Positions 51,581 through 61,262 of a stretch of DNA of 64,000 nt are shown here, piece by piece (the stretch's first letter is position 1; the number at the start of each line of letters is the position of its first letter). The position numbers and the translations under genes were made by a program. Source of the DNA: an uncultured Parcubacteria group bacterium (GTDB lineage: Bacteria; Patescibacteriota; Patescibacteriia; UBA9934; CAMTUG01); assembly GCA_947084965.1 (NCBI GenBank), contig CAMTUG010000004.1, positions 87,490 through 151,489 of the forward strand. The letters run 5' to 3'. Below the pieces are notes generated by a model. The model made no database searches. It worked only from the letters and a program-made list of their open reading frames with translations, and was not told the origin of the DNA.

Positions 51581-53803
51581 CTAAGACTTCAAGGGTTTCT
51601 TGCGAAGACGGAAAACGAACTGACTGTACGCAGGCCACCCGTACGTCGGCTTCGCCCAATTGAGGCCGAGCCACGACCCGTCGTCATTGCGCCCCACGTA
51701 GAAGACGTGCGGCCAGCCGCCCGAGGCGGAAATTTGCTTCATGCCAACGTACACGTATTCGTTCATCGGCTGATTCGCATATTGCAGACGGAACTGCGGG
51801 CCTACTTCCGGCGGACAGAGTTCAAGGCCTAGTTCTTCCGCTCGGGCATAAATCTGATCCGTCGTGGCTCCGCTCGGGAACCCAAGGTCTTCGACGCGAA
51901 GGCGAATAAGCGTCGCTTCCTCCGGAGATTTGATCTTCCACTGTTTCCAGTCCGGCTGATTCTCATCCGGTTCTCGGAGAGATCGCTTGAAGTCGTCATG
52001 CTCCAACATCCATCCCACGTAGTCAAAGCGGTGTCCATTTTGCGTAAGAAAACTTTCTAGTTCACGTTCATCCTTGCCACCAATCTCAATGTTCTGGCGG
52101 GGGATTTTTCCTTCAGGGAAGGAAGTGTATACGTTCTCCACACCCTCGGGGAGACGGTCGAAGATGCCGGGATCGAGTTTGCCGACGTAGGCTTTGGTCG
52201 ATTCGTTGATTTGATCGACCGAATGGGCAATTTGGCTTTCGTCACACTCGAAGACAACAAGGATATCCTCGTCAGTATTTCGCTGACCACGAAGCTCCGC
52301 GACGCGTGGATCCTTATCATAACCGAAACCCTCGATAGGGGTGTCGATTTCGTAGAGGAACAGGAGGTCGTTTTTTGTGAGAGGTTTACCAACGACGGTT
52401 TTTTGTTCAATGAGCGTTAGAAGCCGCATATCCCCGGCCTTCTTCTCGTAAGCCGCGCCGTCCGGGAATTCTTTCATCTTTGCGCCGACGACCGGAGCGA
52501 TATGCGGATCAAGGTTTTGGTCGGGGGCGATACCGCGAACTTCGGCGATCTTGTCGCCTTCCATGCGGATGGCGGCGCGAGGGATGCTGTTTGCGCCGTC
52601 CTCGTCTTGCGAATAGTAGACGTAAAAATCACCGCGGGAGAGTTGAGATTTCGCCACCTCCTCTCCGGCGGTACACCAACCCGTCTTGTGGCGTTCGATG
52701 GATTGAACCAGCTCGGTTGGCTCAGAGCCTTTGTTGTACTTTATCCATTGTCCGGCGGTGTTATGAAGAAGCGTTTCACTTGTGGGAATGAGCTTGGCAA
52801 ATTCAAGGGCATAGAGTCTGGCAAAGTCCTTGGCATCCAAGGCTTGTTGAACTTCTGGTTCAAGATTGCGATCGTCGACAGGGGTTTCAATTTCAAACGT
52901 CGACGGATCAAATGGAGCCATGTCCAAATCCGCGATGATTCTTTCACGATCAACGGGTACGGTCGGATGTTGTTTCTTCGCTTGCGCAATCCTTTGGCCA
53001 ATAACAAGCTGGCGCTCCTTGTTATGCTTTCTTTCCGCTCGTTCCAACTCTTCTCTAGAAGCGGCAAGGCGCTCCTTGTACACACGATCATGCTCCACGT
53101 GGTCACGAACCTTTCCAAGAACGGCTTGATCCAATTCCGGGAACGGGTTCATGGTCTCTTCGTCCCTGGACGGAAAGACCTTGGTGTCTTTATCAAAGCT
53201 GGAAAGCCCGGTGACGCTTCTCATTGCCCAATACCTGAACCAGTCCGGATAGGCGGCTTGAGCGTCGTCGGTTGCCAGATAGTCGATCCATTTATCCAGT
53301 GATCGTTTTTGATCGTCGATCTTGGCGACGATTTCTTCCACCATCTGCTTTTGTTCGTTCTCAAAATCTTGAATTTCGTCCTTGATGTCCGACCCTTTGG
53401 CGCTGGCTTCGACCGCACGCGCGATCTGATCGCGAACCTCGTCCGGAATTTCCGTGTCCCCGTGTCCCAAGGCACGCGCTTGTTTTTGTTGGTGACCCAA
53501 ATATTCGTCGGTGGCGACGTTAGGCTTCACGATAAGCGCGTCGTGCATGAAGCGCTTCATCATGGAAAGATTGCGCTCTTTGCGGTCGAAATTCTCGTGT
53601 CCTTCGAGTTTGGGAGGGTTCAAAATCGTATCCAAGCGTCCAAGATAAGCCTGGATGCGTTCTTCGGGGGTATTGCGGACGCGAGAACCCTTGCGCTCCC
53701 GCGCGGCAACGGCGCGCTCGACATCCTCGGTTTTTTCCACTTGGTACTTTTGCCTGAGAAATTCAGGATTTGATCCATTTTCCATATGGGGGAATGGTAG
53801 CAA
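51581..53803 (-). CDS. DGR target (variable) protein, 740 aa, no signal peptide or TM evident, C-terminal VR
   Basis: C-terminus ...SASGGWPHVFYVGRNDDGSWLGLNWAKPTYGWPAYSQFVFRLRKKPLKS. The N-terminal about 600 aa have no recognised motif. Confidence 0.8.
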   Translation of the reverse strand: MLPFPHMENGSNPEFLRQKYQVEKTEDVERAVAARERKGSRVRNTPEERIQAYLGRLDTILNPPKLEGHENFDRKERNLSMMKRFMHDALIVKPNVATDEYLGHQQKQARALGHGDTEIPDEVRDQIARAVEASAKGSDIKDEIQDFENEQKQMVEEIVAKIDDQKRSLDKWIDYLATDDAQAAYPDWFRYWAMRSVTGLSSFDKDTKVFPSRDEETMNPFPELDQAVLGKVRDHVEHDRVYKERLAASREELERAERKHNKERQLVIGQRIAQAKKQHPTVPVDRERIIADLDMAPFDPSTFEIETPVDDRNLEPEVQQALDAKDFARLYALEFAKLIPTSETLLHNTAGQWIKYNKGSEPTELVQSIERHKTGWCTAGEEVAKSQLSRGDFYVYYSQDEDGANSIPRAAIRMEGDKIAEVRGIAPDQNLDPHIAPVVGAKMKEFPDGAAYEKKAGDMRLLTLIEQKTVVGKPLTKNDLLFLYEIDTPIEGFGYDKDPRVAELRGQRNTDEDILVVFECDESQIAHSVDQINESTKAYVGKLDPGIFDRLPEGVENVYTSFPEGKIPRQNIEIGGKDERELESFLTQNGHRFDYVGWMLEHDDFKRSLREPDENQPDWKQWKIKSPEEATLIRLRVEDLGFPSGATTDQIYARAEELGLELCPPEVGPQFRLQYANQPMNEYVYVGMKQISASGGWPHVFYVGRNDDGSWLGLNWAKPTYGWPAYSQFVFRLRKKPLKS
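51596..51735 (-). repeat. DGR variable repeat (VR) at the 3' end of the target gene
   Basis: It differs from TR at about 24 positions, almost all of them TR adenines in the coding sense (for example AAC to GGC, CTC, TAC, CCT, TAC, AGT). There are 2-3 non-adenine differences. Confidence 0.8.
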
Positions 53804-54391
53804 AAAACGGGAAGATCGTGTAGTCGGAATAGGAGCAGGCCTAAGCTTCCAAATTTGAAGGGTTTGTCGGGCTTTTTAAAGCCTAGACAACCCCAACCAT
53901 TGTGGCATTGATGTGGGGGGAACTATGAAGAATCCACTCGAGCTTACGGTCAATTTAGAGGCGTTTCAGCTCCCGGAAGGGTCTGTGATGACTTCGAAGG
54001 AGGTAACAAAGGAACTCGCCTCCCAGTAGAGGCCATACTGACCGCGACGCTTTTTCGATGCAACGGAGGGTTTGTGACGGTTATCACCGCAGCCAACAGA
54101 CGGCTCAACCTGAAGGCGGTGATGCACGAACTCGACAACAACTGGGTAACGTATCCCAATGAAGATGAGTGGGGGTGATCTCGGTGCGGTCGACCGGAAC
54201 AATCCGTTCGGTCTCGCAAGCGATCCGAGGGTCACGACGTTCATTGACGCACTCGTGCTCAAACAAAAAGAAGTCGCGTTTCAGGTGAGTGGGAACCGCG
54301 CCATCAAGGTGGCGATGAACGGCCTCGTTATTGGAACGAGAGCAAAATTGCTTGGTGGAATCTCCTTGCCGAAACGATTTTAATAATCCAA

Positions 54392-54425
54392 AAACGCGAC
54401 CCGTGATGAGCCGCGTTTTGACTGC
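54392..54425. terminator. Bidirectional rho-independent terminator 3' of hsdR
   Basis: AAAAACGCG-ACCCGTGATGAGC-CGCGTTTTT. Confidence 0.5.
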
Positions 54426-54449
54426 TGATGACGAACGATAACAGTCGCA

Positions 54450-57400
54450 CTAGAACCTCCCGCCGGATATGTCGAAGAACCGCTCGAAGAATCCCGTGAG
54501 CTTGCTCAATACGCTTTCTCGCTTTTGCGTGCGCTCTCCCGACGGAGAGAAGCGAGATACAGGAGGTAGGACTTTCGTGATCGCTGTACCTGTTGTTGAC
54601 ACGACCCCGTCTCGGAACGCATTTTGAATGAATTTATGTGTCGCTTCCGGATCGAGATTTTCCTGTTCAATAATTTGATCAAGTTCCTCGATCTTTTTCT
54701 CCTCGACGAACTTGTGCCAATCCTCGTCAACGATCGAATGCACATCAAGAGAGGTAATGAACTTGTTAATGAGATCCTTCTTGTTACGTAGTTCAATGCT
54801 CGAATCGATGGCCTTGTTGATGTCCGCCAGGATCTCCCGATTCTTCGTGTGGTCTTCGTGATATTTTTTGATCAATCCGAGAACGTAGTCGATGTTAATC
54901 TCAACCTGCTTAATCAATTCCATCTCGAACACGAGATCGTCGTTGATGTTTTCCTTCTCCGCCTCGTCGCTCTTTCGGAACTCATGGTAGAGGTCGATGT
55001 ACAGGCTGTGATAATCCTGAACGTCGCGCTCGGTAAGAATTTCATTCCCCGTAAATTCATCGAAGGCGGAGAGAATGTTTCGTACCCGCAGAATCGCGCC
55101 GTAGAGCTTGATGAAGTCCTTTTGCGCCTGCTCTCCCACGATTTCTTCTCCGATAGGAAACTTCTGACGTAACTCATCAACGAGGCTCTGATATCCACGC
55201 ACTTCTTTTTCTCCGTCACGGTATCCGTTGTAGTAGTCGACGTACGATTTCAGAAGGACGATTCCGCCCGCTTCCTTGTCGCCGAAAAGCGCGATGGACT
55301 CATTCGTCGCCTTCTCGAGGTTACGGAAGCAGACGATATTACCGAATGTCTTCACGCTATTTAAAATACGATTTGTGCGCGAATACGCTTGTAATAATCC
55401 GTGCAAGCGAAGATTCTTATCCACCCAGAGCGTGTTCAGTGTTGTCGCGTCAAAACCGGTCAGGAACATGTTAACGACGATGAGGATGTCGATTTCCCGA
55501 TCCTTCACCTTTTGGCTGACATCCTTGTAGTAGTTTTGAAACTTATCCGCCGAGGTATCGTAAGACGTCCCAAACATGGTGTTGTAGTCCGCGATGGCGC
55601 TGTCCAAGAAGTCGCGAGAGCTTGCATCGAGTCCACTTGTATCCTCCGAGTTTTCGTCGATCACGCCGTCGGCCTCCTCCTCATTCACGCCAAAGCTAAA
55701 GATCGTTGCCACCTTCAATTTTTGGTCGCTCGGAACATCTGCCAGCTGACGCTTGAACTCCGCGTAATACTTCTTTGCCGCATCAATGGAGGAAACCGCA
55801 AAAATGGAATTGAACCCTGCCAACCGCCGATCTTTCAGCTGGTAGAAGCTGTTGCGCTTGGTTTTCTGGTCGAAGTGGTCGCGAATGTACCGTACAATAT
55901 TCGCCAAACGCTCAGGTGCGGCGAGCACAGCCTCGCGGTCGATATCGTTGACCTTTTTATCCTCAATATCCTCGGCTTCGCGCACGGTGGATACGTAGTC
56001 AACCTTGAACGGCAGGACGTTTTTGTCTGCGATCGCGTTGACGATGGTATAGGTGTGGAGCTTCTCGCCGAAGGCCTGTTCGGTTGTCTTCAGGTCGATG
56101 CGACCGCCCGAGGATGCATTCGCCGCGAAGATCGGGGTGCCGGTGAAACCAAAAAGATGGTAGTTCTTGAACGCCTTGGTAATCGCCGTGTGCATGTCGC
56201 CAAATTGTGAGCGATGGCATTCGTCGAAGATGAGGACGACGTGTCCGTCAAAAATGGCGTGCGCTCCATTGCGGGCAATGAAACGGTCGAGCTTCTGGAT
56301 CGTGGTGATGATGATATTCGCATTCGGGTTTTCGAGCTGACGCTTCAATACCGAAGTGCTCGTATTGCTGTTGGCCGCGCCCTTTTCGAACTTGTCGTAC
56401 TCGCGCATGGTCTGGTAGTCCAAATCCTTACGGTCGACGACGAACACGACCTTATCGACGAAGGACATTTTGCTCGCGAGTTGGGCAGTCTTGAAGCTCG
56501 TCAGCGTCTTTCCGGATCCCGTTGTGTGCCACACGAAGCCACCCGCCTCGATCGTGCCTAGCTTCTTATAATTCGTGCTGACTTCGATACGATTGAGAAT
56601 CCGCTCCGTGGCAACAATCTGGTACGGACGCATGACCAGCAACAATCGGTCGGTGGTAAAGACGCAGTAACGCGTCAAAATGTTGAGAAGCGCGTGCTTG
56701 GCAAAAAAGGTCTTGGCGAAGTCCATCAAGTCGGTGATCGGTCGGTTCGTGGCATCCGCCCACCAGCTCGTGAATTCAAAGCTGTTGCTCGCACGCTTGC
56801 CTTTCTTAACACCGCCCTCACTTGATTCCTTGATGTGCTGCTTTCGCGTGGTGTTGCTGTAGTATTTCGTGTGCGTCCCGTTGGAAATCACGAACAGCTG
56901 GACGTATTCAAACAGTCCGGCGGACGCCCAGAAACTTTCGCGCTGGTATCGGTTGATCTGATTGAAGGCCTCCTGAATGGCTACACCCCGGCGCTTCAGC
57001 TCGACGTGGACGAGCGGGAGGCCGTTCACGAGAATAGTGACGTCATAGCGGTTCGCACGCTGGCCGTCCTCGGTCGCATACTGATTTATGACTTGCAGGC
57101 TATTGTTGTGGATGTTGTCCTCCTTGAGGAGATAGACGTTCTTCGTCGTGCCGTCGTCGCGGATAAGATTCTTGACGTAGTCCTCCTGAATGGTCGCCGT
57201 CTTTTCCTCGATGCTCTGATTGGCGTTTGCAATTTCGGTAGTGAAAAATTGCTTCCATTCCGTATCAGTGAACGCAAAGCCGTTGAGCTTTTCAAGTTGC
57301 TGGCGCAGGTTGGCAACCAATTCCTCTTCCGACGTGATGGTGACGTAATCGTATGCCTGCGTTTTAAGCTGTTCAATGAACGCACGCTCAAGTTCCGCCT

Positions 57401-57503
57401 CGCTCTGATAGTGGGCGACGCGCTTTCCGTCCGGCGTATATTCAGCCACCACGGTGCTCTGCGCACTTTCGGCAACGAGATTGTATTTCTTAGGCTTCGG
57501 CAT
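54450..57503 (-). CDS. hsdR: Type I restriction enzyme R subunit
   Basis: 1017 aa with Walker A TTGSGKTLTSF and DEAH-box FDECHRSQ. Confidence 0.9.
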   Translation of the reverse strand: MPKPKKYNLVAESAQSTVVAEYTPDGKRVAHYQSEAELERAFIEQLKTQAYDYVTITSEEELVANLRQQLEKLNGFAFTDTEWKQFFTTEIANANQSIEEKTATIQEDYVKNLIRDDGTTKNVYLLKEDNIHNNSLQVINQYATEDGQRANRYDVTILVNGLPLVHVELKRRGVAIQEAFNQINRYQRESFWASAGLFEYVQLFVISNGTHTKYYSNTTRKQHIKESSEGGVKKGKRASNSFEFTSWWADATNRPITDLMDFAKTFFAKHALLNILTRYCVFTTDRLLLVMRPYQIVATERILNRIEVSTNYKKLGTIEAGGFVWHTTGSGKTLTSFKTAQLASKMSFVDKVVFVVDRKDLDYQTMREYDKFEKGAANSNTSTSVLKRQLENPNANIIITTIQKLDRFIARNGAHAIFDGHVVLIFDECHRSQFGDMHTAITKAFKNYHLFGFTGTPIFAANASSGGRIDLKTTEQAFGEKLHTYTIVNAIADKNVLPFKVDYVSTVREAEDIEDKKVNDIDREAVLAAPERLANIVRYIRDHFDQKTKRNSFYQLKDRRLAGFNSIFAVSSIDAAKKYYAEFKRQLADVPSDQKLKVATIFSFGVNEEEADGVIDENSEDTSGLDASSRDFLDSAIADYNTMFGTSYDTSADKFQNYYKDVSQKVKDREIDILIVVNMFLTGFDATTLNTLWVDKNLRLHGLLQAYSRTNRILNSVKTFGNIVCFRNLEKATNESIALFGDKEAGGIVLLKSYVDYYNGYRDGEKEVRGYQSLVDELRQKFPIGEEIVGEQAQKDFIKLYGAILRVRNILSAFDEFTGNEILTERDVQDYHSLYIDLYHEFRKSDEAEKENINDDLVFEMELIKQVEINIDYVLGLIKKYHEDHTKNREILADINKAIDSSIELRNKKDLINKFITSLDVHSIVDEDWHKFVEEKKIEELDQIIEQENLDPEATHKFIQNAFRDGVVSTTGTAITKVLPPVSRFSPSGERTQKRESVLSKLTGFFERFFDISGGRF

Positions 57504-58644
57504 ATTCTTTGAAAGTCAGGAGTTTCTCCCGGTAGTACTCATACTGTTTGCGCCGAGCGGCGAGCTCTGCTGGAAGACCGACGGAGATGTCATTCACAAG
57601 TGCGTCGAACTTGTCGAGAATCGATACGATGCGTTCTTGTTGGGCAAGAGGTGGGATGGGGATTTGGACAGTCGTTAGTTCTTTTTTATTAACCGCTGGG
57701 ATACTTCCGGTTTTTCTTAGCCCAACAATTGCTGCCTGGATATTCTTAAGATAGTAGTAGACATATTTTGTAAGCAATCCTTCTTTCCGACTTCTGATCC
57801 TGTAACAAAGTGGGCCGCACCAGAAATCTGTTTTTTGATAGCCAACGTGTCCTGCGCCACCCTGTCCCCTGGAAGGAATAGTGATCGTTTCAGCTGGTGA
57901 ATTTTTTTCTGATAGGTAACCGGAAGGTTCATTCCCTGCATTAATAAAAGGAAAGGCATTTACGCCTATAATTGAACTTCTATCAGGTGCTTGACCTGTG
58001 CCAATATCGCAAACCTCACCCAAAGCCGTCCATTCTAGATCCGCATCTAACACTAGAAGTTTCGAACGATAATGTTCGTATTGCTTCTTCCTTGCTTCCA
58101 GCTCTGCTTCCAGCTCTGCTTCCAGCTCTGTGAAAGAGTTTAGCACGCGGACAATCTCTTCTTGGACAGCGACAGGAGGGATGGGGATTTTGATTCGATT
58201 TAAAAAATCAACTGTAATTCCTTTTACTATCGTTCCATTTCCGACAACGTTTATCGTTTGAAAATAATAGGTTAAAAATCTGTTGTTTAGAAATGGTTGC
58301 AATTCAAGCCCGCGCAGATCTTGATTGATCGCAATATCTGTCCCCGCAATTTTCATTTTTCCCGGTGAAATTTTTACAGCAACTATCACGCTACCCTTTG
58401 GAATCAAGTGACTTGAGCTGTCTTCCAGTCCTTCTTTGGTAATGAAATTTCTAGTTGCGTGAATTTCAATATTTACGTTGGAAAGATCTCCAACTGAAGC
58501 CCATGGGATATCACCGTTCCAATAGCTTAATCTAGACTTAGATGGAGTTCCGCCTCCAATATTTCTAATAACACATTCGCCTAATGGTTTGAATACGACC
58601 CCATTCGGGCAGAATTGAGCAATTAATTTTTCAATCTTACTCAT
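57490..58644 (-). CDS. hsdS: Type I restriction-modification specificity subunit
   Basis: Two target-recognition domains separated by conserved helices (LEAELEAELEARKKQYEHYRSKLL and LAARRKQYEYYREKLL). It overlaps hsdR by 14 nt. Confidence 0.85.
   Translation of the reverse strand: MSKIEKLIAQFCPNGVVFKPLGECVIRNIGGGTPSKSRLSYWNGDIPWASVGDLSNVNIEIHATRNFITKEGLEDSSSHLIPKGSVIVAVKISPGKMKIAGTDIAINQDLRGLELQPFLNNRFLTYYFQTINVVGNGTIVKGITVDFLNRIKIPIPPVAVQEEIVRVLNSFTELEAELEAELEARKKQYEHYRSKLLVLDADLEWTALGEVCDIGTGQAPDRSSIIGVNAFPFINAGNEPSGYLSEKNSPAETITIPSRGQGGAGHVGYQKTDFWCGPLCYRIRSRKEGLLTKYVYYYLKNIQAAIVGLRKTGSIPAVNKKELTTVQIPIPPLAQQERIVSILDKFDALVNDISVGLPAELAARRKQYEYYREKLLTFKEYAEA
58095..58130. repeat. Tandem 12-bp repeat (GCTTCCAGCTCT)x3 inside the hsdS central conserved region, encoding (AELE)3 on the coding strand
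   Basis: Seen directly; three perfect copies. Confidence 0.85.
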
Positions 58645-58648
58645 ATGG

Positions 58649-60208
58649 CTACTTCGTTCCTTCTATATCACGCACAATTTCATCAATAGAGGTACGGAGT
58701 TCGTTTTGATGCGCAACAATTTTGTCGATCTCTGAATTCAACCTCATTATATCGACAACTTCGCGAATGTCTTCGGCTACGATATAACTTGAAACGGCAA
58801 TATTGTAGTCGTTGTCAGCGACAGCCTGATTATCGATAACTTTTGCGAAGTATTCGACGTCCTTACGGTTCGTGAATGCTTCCAAGATCTTTGCTCGATT
58901 TGTATCACTGAGCTTGTTTTTATTACCGCCGCGCACAAACTCTGAAGATGCGTCAATGAAAAGCGTTTTATTGTCCTTCTTGCTCTTCTTTAATACAATG
59001 ATGCAGGTCGCGATCGTAGTGCCGAAAAAGAGATCGGGCGGAAGCTGGATCACAGCGTCGACGTAGTTATTGTCGACAAGGTACTTGCGGATTTTTTGTT
59101 CTGCGCCTCCTCGGTAAAGGACACCAGGGAATTCAACGATCGCTGCAGTGCCGCTCGTGGAAAGCCACGAAAGCATGTGCATGGCAAAAGCAAGATCGGC
59201 CTTGCTCTTTGGAGCTAACACACCGGCTGGCGCGAAGCGTGGGTCATTAATAAGGAGAGGATTGCCGTCTCCTTCCCATGTAATCGAGTACGGCGGGTTT
59301 GAAACGATGGCATCAAACGGCTCGTCGTCCCAATGTTTTGGATCGGTCAGCGTGTCGCCGTGGGCGATATTGAAATGGTTGTAGTTGATGTCGTGCAGGA
59401 ACATGTTGATACGACAGAGGTTGTAGGTTGTGAGGTTGATTTCCTGGCCATAAAAACCCAGCCGCACATTTTCTTTGCCAAGAACCTTCGCGAATTTCAA
59501 AAGAAGCGATCCAGAACCGCAGGCAGGGTCATAAACCTTGTTTACTTCCATTTTGCCGACAGTCGTGATCTCAGCAAGAAGCTCGCTGACTTCTTGCGGC
59601 GTGTAGTATTCGCCTCCCGACTTGCCGGCATTCGATGCGTACATCGCCATGAGGTACTCATACGCATCACCAAACATGTCGATCGTGTTCTCCGTATAAT
59701 CTCCGAGGCTCAGATCGCCAATCGTTTCCAAAAGCTTAGCGAGCTTTTGATTTCGCTTCTCGACTGTATTGCCGAGCTTGGGCGAATTAACGTCAAGATC
59801 TTGAAACAGGCCGTTCAAATCATCCTCGCTATCAAATCCCTTCGCGGAACTTTCAATGTTACGGAATACTGCGGCGAGCGTCTCGTTAAGATTCGCGTCT
59901 TCCCGAGCCCGTGCGCGAACATTCACGAAGAGCTCGCTTGGCAGAATGTAAAATCCTTTTTCTTTCACTGTGTCAGCCCGACCAAACTCCGCGTCTTTGT
60001 CGGAAAGGGCGGCGTAGTTGAAGCTGGCGGTACCAGCGCGGCGTTCATCAGCATTGATGTAGCTTGTGAGATTCTCGCTGATGAAGCGGTAAAAAAGCAT
60101 TCCAAGCACATACTGCTTGAAATCCCAGCCATCAATGCTCCCTCGCAGATCGTTTGCGATTTGCCAGATAGCGCGATGCAGCTCTGCGCGTTCGTCTTCT
60201 TTGCTCAT
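58649..60208 (-). CDS. hsdM: Type I restriction-modification N6-adenine DNA methyltransferase subunit
   Basis: Motif I DPACGSGSLL and motif IV VSNPPYS. Confidence 0.9.
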   Translation of the reverse strand: MSKEDERAELHRAIWQIANDLRGSIDGWDFKQYVLGMLFYRFISENLTSYINADERRAGTASFNYAALSDKDAEFGRADTVKEKGFYILPSELFVNVRARAREDANLNETLAAVFRNIESSAKGFDSEDDLNGLFQDLDVNSPKLGNTVEKRNQKLAKLLETIGDLSLGDYTENTIDMFGDAYEYLMAMYASNAGKSGGEYYTPQEVSELLAEITTVGKMEVNKVYDPACGSGSLLLKFAKVLGKENVRLGFYGQEINLTTYNLCRINMFLHDINYNHFNIAHGDTLTDPKHWDDEPFDAIVSNPPYSITWEGDGNPLLINDPRFAPAGVLAPKSKADLAFAMHMLSWLSTSGTAAIVEFPGVLYRGGAEQKIRKYLVDNNYVDAVIQLPPDLFFGTTIATCIIVLKKSKKDNKTLFIDASSEFVRGGNKNKLSDTNRAKILEAFTNRKDVEYFAKVIDNQAVADNDYNIAVSSYIVAEDIREVVDIMRLNSEIDKIVAHQNELRTSIDEIVRDIEGTK

Positions 60209-60211
60209 AGG

Positions 60212-61129
60212 CTATTTGTTCAAATCGTAGCTCTGCTTGATAAGTCCGAGCGCGTAATCAAAATCCTGATCCGACTTGATCTTGATCTCGTAATCTCCGT
60301 TGCCCCAATGACCTTTTTTCGGATTGGTGAAATCCGTCGCCCGATGCTCTGGATCGTTTAACTCGCCGCTTTTTACGTTGAGCGTAATCCGTAGTTCGTC
60401 CTTATAGAAGATTACGTCAGCAAAGTTCGTCGTCAGTTTGTAAGCGACGTACATTTTCTTGGGTACTTCGGTTACTTCCTCGTCAAATGCCAAGATCGCT
60501 TCGCGCAACTTCATGAAGATGGCTTTGGTTACCTCGTTCGATTTTTGCACGTGCTCTTCTATAGTGTAATTTTTCTGCAACGGTTCGGCACCATCTGGAG
60601 ATTTCTCATGCTTTGCTTTACGGACAATGCCTGATGTTGAAACTTTGACGCGCTGATAATTTTCCGGCTCGAGATACAAAATGTTGTCATCGTAAATCCT
60701 GTAGCGAAAGAGCTCGATATTGATAGGAAGAAAATCCGCAGTGTCGATGTCGAACTTGTTGTAGCTTTCGGCGACGCAAATCACGCGGGACGAGTCCCAA
60801 TCGACCTCAATAGCAACCGCACGTTCTCCACAGAGGGCTTCAAACTCGGCCTTGTGATCGAGAAGCCAGCGAAGGTACGAGAGGCCTTGGTTGATCACGC
60901 TTTCATTTGTCGACCGTTTGTATTCGATAATAACCGGCGCACCGTTCTTATCGATTCCGAGCGTGTCGATCCGGCCGCCGAAGCTCGTTGAGTACTCGGT
61001 AGCCAAGAACGTGATATTCAAAATCTCCTCAAGATTTTGCTCGAAAAGCCGCTGGAGATCTCGTTCTAGACGGACATCCTTGGCGGTTAGGCGTTTTACC
61101 TTGGTTTGATTGATCTGAAATAAGGCCAT
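60212..61129 (-). CDS. PD-(D/E)xK nuclease-superfamily-like protein co-transcribed with hsdMSR
   Basis: GGRIDTLGIDKNGAPVIIEYKR fits a D...(D/E)xK pattern; 4-nt gap to hsdM. Confidence 0.45.
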   Translation of the reverse strand: MALFQINQTKVKRLTAKDVRLERDLQRLFEQNLEEILNITFLATEYSTSFGGRIDTLGIDKNGAPVIIEYKRSTNESVINQGLSYLRWLLDHKAEFEALCGERAVAIEVDWDSSRVICVAESYNKFDIDTADFLPINIELFRYRIYDDNILYLEPENYQRVKVSTSGIVRKAKHEKSPDGAEPLQKNYTIEEHVQKSNEVTKAIFMKLREAILAFDEEVTEVPKKMYVAYKLTTNFADVIFYKDELRITLNVKSGELNDPEHRATDFTNPKKGHWGNGDYEIKIKSDQDFDYALGLIKQSYDLNK

Positions 61130-61262
61130 AATTGGGTTTTGGATTGGCCTAAGTTTATGCGAAATCAGCGTTTTTGGCTACCTTGTCGCCTAAATGAAGG
61201 GGTTTTCAGGGACTTAGTTACCAACAGCTAGGCGGACTAGACGCCCCGCAGGGGTTGCGGCA

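Noticed and set aside
53925-54383. Small ORFs between the DGR target and hsdR (34-aa MKNPLELTVNLEAF..., 74-aa 54159..54383), considered as a toxin-antitoxin or DUF pair.
   Set aside because: No motif was recognisable by eye and the coding potential is uncertain, so I left them unannotated rather than guess.
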